Shown in pieces: positions 1-6,526 of a stretch of 24,000 bases of DNA (position 1 is the stretch's first letter; every line of letters begins with the position of its first letter). This DNA is from Desulfurococcales archaeon (GTDB lineage: Archaea > Thermoproteota > Thermoprotei_A > CAZTBM01 > SZUA-1508): contig DQVH01000134.1 in assembly GCA_015661855.1 (NCBI GenBank), positions 9,028 through 33,027 on the forward strand, read 5' to 3'. Both the position numbers and the translations under genes were made by a program. The notes beneath the pieces were generated by a model, which had not been told where the DNA came from, searched no databases, and saw nothing but the letters and a program-made list of their open reading frames with translations.

Positions 1-386
1 ATATTTGGTGTTTCCTTTACGATTTTAAACATCCTATCTAACTCAATATTAGTTATTATATCACCATTTAGTACAACAAAGTAGTCTTCCCTCCTAAGTA
101 CTAGTTCTGCATTCTTTACTGCACCGGCAGTACCTAGAGGTTCCTCTTCAACAACGTAACTTACCTTAACACCATACTTTCTGCCACTGCCGATTTCATT
201 CATTACACGTTCTTTTAGATATCCTACAGCTAAAACTACTTCATCTATACCATGCTTCTTAAGCCATTCAAATTGCCATGCCATTATTGGTTTACCTGCA
301 ACTGAGATTAATGGTTTAGGTTTATCAGAGGTTAATGGTCTTAGTCTTTTACCTAGACCTCCAGCTAGTATTAACGCTTTAACCAA
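1..386 (-). CDS. Sugar-1-phosphate nucleotidyltransferase (NTP_transferase family), N-terminal part; the gene runs off the window start
   Basis: Not in the ORF track. My own minus-strand translation from TTG 386 (GTG 395 is an alternative) gives (M)VKALILAGGLGKRLRPLTSDKPKPLISVAGKPIMAWQFEWLKKHGIDEVVLAVGYLKERV...VVEEEPLGTAGAVKNAE...VVLNGDII. The G-x-G-x-R-L-x-P-L-T-x3-PKP loop and EPLGTAG are hallmarks of glucose-1-P thymidylyl / mannose-1-P guanylyl transferases. An SD-like GGTGA lies 5 nt upstream of the TTG. Confidence 0.85.
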   Translation of the reverse strand, partial: MVKALILAGGLGKRLRPLTSDKPKPLISVAGKPIMAWQFEWLKKHGIDEVVLAVGYLKERVMNEIGSGRKYGVKVSYVVEEEPLGTAGAVKNAELVLRREDYFVVLNGDIITNIELDRMFKIVKETPN

Positions 387-424
387 GTAACTCACCTAAT
401 AATATAGTTGTTTTTGGTGAATAT

Positions 425-509
425 GTATCAGCGCTTTGGCCCTCAATCATTACGGTTTAAACCGCTCATACCCCCTAGTACTTATACTAGGGGGACCTTC
501 ATCACTTAC
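425..509 (-). ncRNA. Candidate atypical box C/D-like (K-turn) structured sRNA with two internal GC-rich hairpins
   Basis: The minus strand reads GUA-A-GUGAUGA(505-499)-AGGUCCCCCUAG-UAUA...AUGAUUG(450-444)-AGGGCCAAAGCG(12 nt)-CUGA(431-428)-UAC. It has a perfect C box and D box, a 3-bp terminal stem with a 1-nt offset (K-turn geometry), and a 12-nt spacer between C' and D. The interior holds a perfect 10-bp hairpin (471-494) and the palindrome CGGTTTAAACCG (453-464). At about 85 nt it is longer than a canonical archaeal C/D sRNA, and no D' box is present. Confidence 0.3.
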
Positions 510-527
510 GCTACTCCTGTGAAGATA

Positions 528-535
528 ATTTTATA
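528..535 (-). promoter_or_regulatory. TATA-like box (TATAAAAT on the minus strand) ending 22 nt upstream of the C box of the 425-509 RNA candidate
   Basis: Sequence and spacing only. It could equally serve the nucleotidyltransferase gene through a long structured leader. Confidence 0.35.
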
Positions 536-595
536 GAGGTCCCTTAAATACTCATTGTGTATGAGTAGGAATTAGTAAGGATATGGTGTACGATA

Positions 596-1168
596 TTGAA
601 ATGGCTTGGTAGACACTTAATGGTTAAAGGTGAATATGTTAAGCTAATGTTATCTGGCGTTAAGAAAGCAACTATAAGGATTGGTAAAGTTAAGTTAAAG
701 TATAATGAAATGATAGTTCATGGTGGTGGGAGACCAATAGCATTAATAAAGATTAAGAGTGTTAAGTATAAGAGGGTAAAGGAGCTTACCGATATGGATG
801 CAAAATTAGACGGATTTAGAAGTAAAGAGGAATTAGTTAAAGAGTTGAAGAAGGTTTATGAGGATATTAAGGATGATGATTGGGTTACTATTATAGAGTT
901 TGAAATTATTAAGAAACTTAATGAACTAGATGTAAGGGATCCATGGTTAGGGTTAAAACCTGTTGATATAGCTCGAATTGCTTTAAGATACGATTTAGGT
1001 TTAACTGATAGAGAAAGGGAGATACTTTTAGACCTTACTAGAACTAAAAGTTTAAGAAGAACAGCTATTAACTTCTTCGGCACAATAGAGAAGCGGTGGA
1101 TTATTAGAAAGATACTTAGGAAAGCCCTAAATAAGCTTATTGAAAAGGGTATACTAAAGGTTAAGTAG
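596..1168 (+). CDS. ASCH (PUA-like) domain protein with a C-terminal helix-turn-helix-like segment
   Basis: ORF track (TTG start at 596; in-frame ATG at 620). The N-terminal HLMVKGEYVKLMLSGVKKATIRIG fits the opening motif of ASCH domains (..Y...ILSGKKT.TIR). The C-terminal LTDREREILLDL...RKALNKLIEKG looks like a LuxR / sigma-region-4-type HTH. The stop lies 3 nt before the next gene. Confidence 0.6.
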   Translation: MKWLGRHLMVKGEYVKLMLSGVKKATIRIGKVKLKYNEMIVHGGGRPIALIKIKSVKYKRVKELTDMDAKLDGFRSKEELVKELKKVYEDIKDDDWVTIIEFEIIKKLNELDVRDPWLGLKPVDIARIALRYDLGLTDREREILLDLTRTKSLRRTAINFFGTIEKRWIIRKILRKALNKLIEKGILKVK

Positions 1169-1171
1169 AGC

Positions 1172-1510
1172 ATGCTACCTCACAAAATAAACATATTCAA
1201 AATAGTATCCCCCAGCGATAAGGTAGTATTTAGGGATGTTCTATCAGGAAAAAACACACTATATAAAAGTATTAGTCTTCGACTCTTAAGGATACCTCCA
1301 CTCACTAAGTTTGAACGTGGACTCGAAAGACTGAGAGAACAGGTATACATAGTACTTGAGGGTTCAGGAAAGATTCTATTTAAAGAATACAATAAAACTA
1401 TAAGTATCGAACGCGGGGACATAGTGTATATTCCACCAGCCTACACCCATACAATCATAAATACTGGAGATTATGAAATGAGTATACTAATTGTATCCTC
1501 ACCGCCATAA
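1172..1510 (+). CDS. Cupin-fold small protein
   Basis: ORF track. The pattern VLEGSGKILF...GDIVYIPPAYTHTIINTGDYEM matches a cupin beta-barrel core (G-D-x-h-x-h-P-x3-H-x3-N). It is probably co-transcribed with the ASCH gene (3-nt gap). Confidence 0.6.
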   Translation: MLPHKINIFKIVSPSDKVVFRDVLSGKNTLYKSISLRLLRIPPLTKFERGLERLREQVYIVLEGSGKILFKEYNKTISIERGDIVYIPPAYTHTIINTGDYEMSILIVSSPP

Positions 1511-1767
1511 CTCAGTACTTACTTATTAACTAACTAATAATTACTTACCAGTATTACTCGAGAAAACTTAGAATGAAAAGGTAACAACATAATATATAAG
1601 GGATATAGGAGAGACTGCAATACATATTATATTAGTATATTATTTTAATGAGTGAACTCTATACTGTGATTTTGTTTTTACCTATAATCTGTTTAGCCGT
1701 TAATACTAAAAGTTAAACCATAGCTAATATTAGGGTATGAGTAAGGGGTATATAGGGTGTTTTAGTT

Positions 1768-2223
1768 ATGTCTATCCTATCTAAGCTTTTAAGTGGAGTT
1801 AAGGATAGAGGGAAGGAGTGTGGAGTAGGTGATGCTACATCCTATAAAGTACATCACGTTGAGGGTTATACCTCAAAAACATCACTAAATGAAAATAATG
1901 GAATACTAATTTACCGACGAGAAGCTATGGATGAAGCAGTAAAGTGCCCTAAATGTAATAGCTCACTAGTTAGAAAGGTGTATATTGTTGAAGGACCATA
2001 CTTTAGCAAGAATGGTGAATGTATAAACGTGTTAATTAAGGTGTTCGCTAAGTATGAATGTAAGGAATGCGATTATGCTGAATCTAAAAAAGTTATGTAT
2101 ATTCCACTACATGGTGTAGAAGCACTTTTACCTTTCCTCACAGATGAATTCAAGAATGTTATAGAGCAAATAAAGATTAAAGCTGAAGATTACAAAAGCA
2201 TACTAAGAAGAGTTTTAATATAA
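1768..2223 (+). CDS. Hypothetical zinc-ribbon protein (151 aa)
   Basis: ORF track, ATG start. Two CxxC pairs (CPKC ... CKEC) about 40 residues apart. I recognise no family. First gene of the same-strand cluster 1768-3821, which follows a 257-bp AT-rich spacer. Confidence 0.6.
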   Translation: MSILSKLLSGVKDRGKECGVGDATSYKVHHVEGYTSKTSLNENNGILIYRREAMDEAVKCPKCNSSLVRKVYIVEGPYFSKNGECINVLIKVFAKYECKECDYAESKKVMYIPLHGVEALLPFLTDEFKNVIEQIKIKAEDYKSILRRVLI

Positions 2224-2278
2224 CTGTGGATAATATGGTTTTGAAGATGTCTCAGAAGGACAGGTAAAGTGGTATAGT

Positions 2279-2443
2279 ATGACTAAATGGCTTCTAAAAT
2301 GTAAAAAGTGTAACACCTTATGGATACTGGATGTTAGTTACAATTTAAATATGTTTAAAGAGCTTTATCATTATTGTCGAGAATGTAAGGAGAATACATT
2401 TCATGAAATACTGGGTATAAAATCTGAAAACTCTTCCAACTAA
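2279..2443 (+). CDS. Small zinc-ribbon protein (54 aa), absent from the ORF track
   Basis: My own translation from ATG 2279 to TAA 2441-2443 gives MTKWLLKCKKCNTLWILDVSYNLNMFKELYHYCRECKENTFHEILGIKSENSSN. Two CxxC pairs (CKKC, CREC) in a Cys-poor, AT-rich genome. It sits in a gap of 283 bp that would otherwise be empty inside a same-strand cluster. Confidence 0.55.
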   Translation: MTKWLLKCKKCNTLWILDVSYNLNMFKELYHYCRECKENTFHEILGIKSENSSN

Positions 2444-2506
2444 AACTTATTATACCTTATATACCTCCCTATATTCCCAGAAGGGTTAACTAGATAGCTG
2501 TAGTGA

Positions 2507-3466
2507 GTGAGCTTGAATACAATCTCTCCCTACGATGTATTTGAGGTTACAATTAGATTAACAAACCCACTACTTATGTGTAGGGGTGAGTATAGCTACT
2601 TACGTGTAATAGTTGATGAAGTTTATGACTACGTTAGTGAAGTGGAATTATACTCTGAGGGTTTACTCGCTCTTCACCTTAATAGACTAGTAGAGAGTAG
2701 GAAAGGTACAAGCGGTATCACACTGGTAACTAATATTGATATTCCTCAATTTACTTTAGTAGAGGTATTGGATAATGGATACTTAAAGGTTAAAACCCCC
2801 AAGGAAATGAGAAACGCCTCTATTACAGGTAGAATGTTCTTAATTCCATTTAGGAATAGTGTAGTTAAAGGCTTAGCTTGTAAATGTAATGAGGATTTCA
2901 TCTATATTGATGTAGGTTCCTCTAATCTAAGGGTAGTACTAGGTGGAGGTATTGAAGTAAATTCCCCTGTAATACCCGATATACGGTTGGAAAGATTAGG
3001 TTCTTCAGAGATTGTAGGGTGGCCGCTAAGTAGAATAGTTGGACTAATAACGCTAATACTATCACTAAAAATGTTAAGTATAGAGAGTACTAAGCGTATT
3101 CAAGGCTATATTGTACAGGGTAGATATAATTCCAACATAACCTGGCTAAAGAGCATATTAGAGTTTAATCTCAATAGAGGTGTAGTAGCAATCTTATCCT
3201 ACATTGATGCAGCTTTAAGTGGTATGAATTTAAAGTGTGAAACTCCAATAGTATTTTTCCCTGGTAAACCTCTAAATGAAATAAGTAATGTAACTTATAG
3301 AGAGGTAGAATATTTAGTTACATTACTTAATATACCATTTTTTAAACATGTAGGCTACATATTAATACCAGTTAAGTACACTAATACTCTACATGAAATT
3401 GTCAATATTAATAGTGTAATTTCTGCATGTAGGACTATAGCATCGTTAGTTAAGAAAATCTCTTAG
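2507..3466 (+). CDS. Hypothetical protein (319 aa), no recognisable domain
   Basis: ORF track (GTG start at 2507; TTG at 2513 is an alternative). Long uninterrupted ORF in an AT-rich genome with no competing gene. One hydrophobic stretch (WPLSRIVGLITLILSLKML). I recognise no catalytic motif. Confidence 0.6.
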   Translation: MSLNTISPYDVFEVTIRLTNPLLMCRGEYSYLRVIVDEVYDYVSEVELYSEGLLALHLNRLVESRKGTSGITLVTNIDIPQFTLVEVLDNGYLKVKTPKEMRNASITGRMFLIPFRNSVVKGLACKCNEDFIYIDVGSSNLRVVLGGGIEVNSPVIPDIRLERLGSSEIVGWPLSRIVGLITLILSLKMLSIESTKRIQGYIVQGRYNSNITWLKSILEFNLNRGVVAILSYIDAALSGMNLKCETPIVFFPGKPLNEISNVTYREVEYLVTLLNIPFFKHVGYILIPVKYTNTLHEIVNINSVISACRTIASLVKKIS

Positions 3467-3488
3467 TATAAGTACCACTGTTGTAGAG

Positions 3489-3821
3489 GTGATATCCACA
3501 TTTATGAGTGAGGTAACATTACTTCTTAATACGTTAAGAGCTTACCTTAAAAGTAATGGTTTAAAAATACTCAATTTAGCTAAGGCTACAGGTCAAAGCC
3601 ATATAAATATTGCATTGAGAGGTTTATTCTGGTACTATTCGTCTACAGCGGAATATCCTAAACTAATGGATGTTATCGAGAAGATACTCCATAATGCCGA
3701 TATGAAGATTGAACTTGAAAAATATGGTATAGTCATAGTCAAAATTAACGATGAATACTATTTGAGAATGGAGGTTTCAACACTAGAGAAACTCGTTAAA
3801 GAAGCTATTGGAGAGAAGTAG
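3489..3821 (+). CDS. Hypothetical small protein with an N-terminal XRE-like helix-turn-helix
   Basis: ORF track (GTG at 3489; the in-frame ATG at 3504 is the more likely start). LRAYLKSNGLKILNLAKATGQSHINIALRG resembles an HTH_3/XRE motif. Lies 22-37 bp after the preceding gene. Confidence 0.55.
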   Translation: MISTFMSEVTLLLNTLRAYLKSNGLKILNLAKATGQSHINIALRGLFWYYSSTAEYPKLMDVIEKILHNADMKIELEKYGIVIVKINDEYYLRMEVSTLEKLVKEAIGEK

Positions 3822-3930
3822 CTTTCAAACACAACTATATGATATATTATTTTCAACTCTTACACTTACATACAGTAATGGCATAAAATTTTGATATTTT
3901 AATGCAATCTTCATATTGAGGCTTACTGGC

Positions 3931-4695
3931 TTAATGTTGAATATCTATATCTTTGAATATCCTGAGTGTGTTAGCTGTAGTTACCTCTATTACTTTATCT
4001 ATGGTTGTATTTTTCAATTCAGCTATTTTTCTTACGGTATATATTATATTTGCTGGTTCATTTCTTTGGTTTCTAAATGGTGCTAGTACTGGTGCATCAG
4101 ATTCTAGGAGTAGTGATTCTAAAGGAAGCCTTTTAACTAGTTTCTGTTTTTGCTGTGAAAATACTACACTAGGTGGTATTGAAAAGAATACTCCCCTTTT
4201 AGCTGCCTCCATAGCGTAGCCTACAGATCCATCGTATGCATGCATAATTACATTGTAGTATTCTTGCTCCATTATTATTTGTATAGCATATTTACCTGCA
4301 CTCCTTGAATGAACTATTAATGGCTTATTGAGTTCTCTAGCTAACTCAATCCATTCAATAAACATGTTCCTCTGTTTAGCTCTCTCACTATGATCCCTAA
4401 TATAGTAGTAGTCCAGTCCAACCTCACCTATACCTACAATTAAGTTAGCATTACCTTTAATCCACTCATATACTTCACTAAATATGTTATCATCTAGTAT
4501 TAGTGGATCTAATCCTACACTTAAGTAGACATAGTTTTTATACTTGTTAACTATGTATAGTGAGTACTCAATATTTTTAGGATTTATAGTTGAAGTAATA
4601 ATTGCTTTAACACCTACTCTTCTAGCACGCTCTATAACCTTATCAAGATCTTGTCTAAAGACATGTTCATCTAGGTGGCAATGTACATCAATCAC
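3931..4695 (-). CDS. tatD: TatD-family metal-dependent hydrolase/DNase
   Basis: ORF track. It shows the TatD ligand series: MIDVHCHLD (HxH), GEVGLDYY (E), LIVHSR (H), VIMHAY (H), LLLESDAPVL (D). Confidence 0.85.
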   Translation of the reverse strand: MIDVHCHLDEHVFRQDLDKVIERARRVGVKAIITSTINPKNIEYSLYIVNKYKNYVYLSVGLDPLILDDNIFSEVYEWIKGNANLIVGIGEVGLDYYYIRDHSERAKQRNMFIEWIELARELNKPLIVHSRSAGKYAIQIIMEQEYYNVIMHAYDGSVGYAMEAAKRGVFFSIPPSVVFSQQKQKLVKRLPLESLLLESDAPVLAPFRNQRNEPANIIYTVRKIAELKNTTIDKVIEVTTANTLRIFKDIDIQH

Positions 4696-4823
4696 GAGTA
4701 GTCACCGTAACACTCACTTGTATGTTAGGTAGTATTAGCACTAGCTAATGTGGTTTCCCTCCATAATTGGTATGTTAAATTATGTATTTTCTTTGAGGAT
4801 ACTGTTTTAAAACATACTATAGT

Positions 4824-6242
4824 ATGGTTATGTTTGGGGGTAGTGTTATGTATCGTTCTCGTAGACTATTTGGTACAGCTGGTATTAGGGGTCCATACCT
4901 AGATAAGGTTTCACCTGAACTTGCATTTAATGTTGGTTTGGCTATGGCAACTTATCTTAAGCGCAGAGGTGTAGTTAATGTTGGTTATGATTGTCGATTA
5001 ACTTCGCCACTACTCGCTCTTAGTGTTGCTGCTGGTCTTATGTGTGGTGGTATTGATGTCTACTTAGCAGGGTTAGTGCCAACACCTACACTAGCTTTTT
5101 CTATACCTCATAAAGGTAGTATAGGTGGAGTTATGATTACTGCTAGTCATAATCCGCCACAAGACAATGGCATCAAAGTTTTCAACTCTAAAGGTATGGA
5201 GTTTACAGTTAAGGATGAATTAAATATAGAGAACATTATTTTCAGTAATGCATATAATAGAGTTTCATGGGATAGTGTTGGTAAAGTGGAATTTGATTAT
5301 ACTCAGAGTACTATATCCGAGTATATTGAAGAACTTACAACACTCATGACCCCCAAACATGTTAGGGATAGAGTTAAAGTGGTAATTGACTGCGCTAATG
5401 GAGCAGCATCCAATGTTACACCAGTTATATTGAGAAGGATTGGTGCAAAAGTATATACTTTAAACTGTAATGTTGACGGATTTTTCCCTGGAAGACATCC
5501 TGAGCCTAGACCTGATACCCTAGTAGACTTATCGAAAGCCGTAGTTAAACTTAATTGTTATGCTGGTTTCGGTCATGATGGAGATGCCGATAGGCTATCC
5601 GTATTAGACTCTTCAGGTAAATTTATACATAATGATCGGTTGATAGCCTTCTTCGCTAAATTGAAACTAGAGGAGAAGAGTGGTATAGTAGTTGTTAGTA
5701 TTGATACATCGTTAGTAGTAGATGAAGTAGTTGAGAAAATGGGAGGTAAAGTTGTTAGAACAAAACTGGGAAAGACGCATGAGAAACTAGTTGAACTAGG
5801 TGGTAAAGCTATTCTAGCTGCTGAACCATGGAAGCTTATAGATCCTGATTGGGGCCTCTGGGTTGATGGAATATACCAGGCAGCTCTAATAACTAAGATG
5901 TTAATGGAAAGGGGAGTCTCCGTAGAAAGACTGCTTTCAGATATACCATCATACCCTCAGAGTAGGTTCTCAGTTAAATGTCCCGATAATATAAAGAATT
6001 TGGTGGTTGAGAGAGTTCATGAACGAATGAGAGAGATATTTAAGAATGAAGTTGAAAGTGAACTTGACTTCGACGGGTTAAGGTTGAATTTAAAGGATGG
6101 ATCTTGGGTTCTCGTTAGAGCTTCTGGTACAGAACCAAAGATTAGAGGCTACTGTGAAGCAAAAAGTATGAAAAGATTAAAGGAGATTGAGGATAAAATT
6201 AGAAGGCTTATTAACGAGGAGTTGGCAAAGGCTCTTAAATAA
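4824..6242 (+). CDS. Phosphohexomutase (phosphoglucosamine / phosphomanno / phosphoglucomutase family)
   Basis: ORF track (ATG at 4824; ATGs at 4830 and 4848 are alternatives). Motifs seen: LFGTAGIRG, the phosphoserine loop TASHNPPQDNGIK, the metal loop GHDGDADR and the phosphate-binding RASGTEPKIR. Substrate specificity cannot be told from sequence alone. Confidence 0.9.
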   Translation: MVMFGGSVMYRSRRLFGTAGIRGPYLDKVSPELAFNVGLAMATYLKRRGVVNVGYDCRLTSPLLALSVAAGLMCGGIDVYLAGLVPTPTLAFSIPHKGSIGGVMITASHNPPQDNGIKVFNSKGMEFTVKDELNIENIIFSNAYNRVSWDSVGKVEFDYTQSTISEYIEELTTLMTPKHVRDRVKVVIDCANGAASNVTPVILRRIGAKVYTLNCNVDGFFPGRHPEPRPDTLVDLSKAVVKLNCYAGFGHDGDADRLSVLDSSGKFIHNDRLIAFFAKLKLEEKSGIVVVSIDTSLVVDEVVEKMGGKVVRTKLGKTHEKLVELGGKAILAAEPWKLIDPDWGLWVDGIYQAALITKMLMERGVSVERLLSDIPSYPQSRFSVKCPDNIKNLVVERVHERMREIFKNEVESELDFDGLRLNLKDGSWVLVRASGTEPKIRGYCEAKSMKRLKEIEDKIRRLINEELAKALK

Positions 6243-6276
6243 ATTAGTATAGTCAGTTAAATAGTCTTTAACAATA

Positions 6277-6327
6277 TCAGTAAGGAGAATTCTCTTCACC
6301 AATCTCTGGAGACCGTCGTATCATCAT
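6277..6327 (-). ncRNA. Box C/D sRNA (2'-O-methylation guide RNA), canonical architecture
   Basis: The minus strand reads AUGAUGA (C, 6327-6321) - UACGACGGUCUC (12 nt) - CAGA (D', 6308-6305) - GAUUG - GUGAAGA (C', 6299-6293) - GAAUUCUCCUUA (12 nt) - CUGA (D, 6280-6277). Total 51 nt. It lies in a 284-bp intergenic spacer with a TATA-like box 23 nt upstream. The D' guide is complementary to a conserved 23S rRNA motif, from memory. Confidence 0.8.
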
Positions 6328-6350
6328 CTAAACTTTCCAGTATATTTAAG

Positions 6351-6357
6351 TTTATAA
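6351..6357 (-). promoter_or_regulatory. TATA-like box (TTATAAA on the minus strand) for the 6277-6327 C/D sRNA
   Basis: It ends 23 nt upstream of the C box, the spacing expected for an archaeal TATA box relative to a transcript starting at or just before the C box. Confidence 0.45.
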
Positions 6358-6526
6358 GTGCATTATATTATTTTCTCCTCTAATATAGGTGTACCTAGAC
6401 TCTATAAAGTCTTTAGTGACGAGTTTGTTCATGAAAATATCAGGTAATTTGGTTTACTGCTCTATAGATAATAATTTTAATTTCTTATGTGTAATTGGGT
6501 ATTAGATGGATTAGTGGTGGTATACT

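Noticed and set aside
873-879. Other perfect C-box heptamers inside coding regions: 873-879(+), 14396-14402(-), 19359-19365(+), 19513-19519(-), 22518-22524(-), 23423-23429(+). Also UUGAUGA...CUGA at 2613-2658 and CUGAUGA...CUGA at 21131-21068(-).
   Set aside because: Either no CUGA lies 45-65 nt downstream, or the spacing and boxes are wrong (46 nt; non-purine first position). They simply encode Asp/His/Met-rich peptides (DDD, HHA, MMT, SDED).
856-1173. Antisense or shadow ORFs in the track: 856-1173(-), 1180-1422(-), 3953-4219(+), 4544-4732(+), 8358-8561(+), 9177-9446(-), 11009-11206(+), 12211-12396(+), 14557-14745(-), 15679-15861(-), 16682-16918(-), 18124-18393(-), 18754-18948(-)
   Set aside because: Each lies wholly or mostly opposite a longer ORF with clear family motifs. 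Their translations are low-complexity (S/L/I-rich) with no recognisable domains. This is typical of open antisense frames in AT-rich genomes.
6398-6415. Short AT-rich inverted repeats: AGACT-CTATAA-AGTCT at about 6398-6415, CCTAA-GCAA-TTAGG at about 17943-17956, CAGCT-AGTA-AGCTG at about 20351-20364, GTTTA-GGGGGCT-TAAAC at about 19221-19237
   Set aside because: The stems are only 5 bp, at a frequency expected by chance in AT-rich intergenic DNA. No associated boxes or oligo-T context suggest a function.
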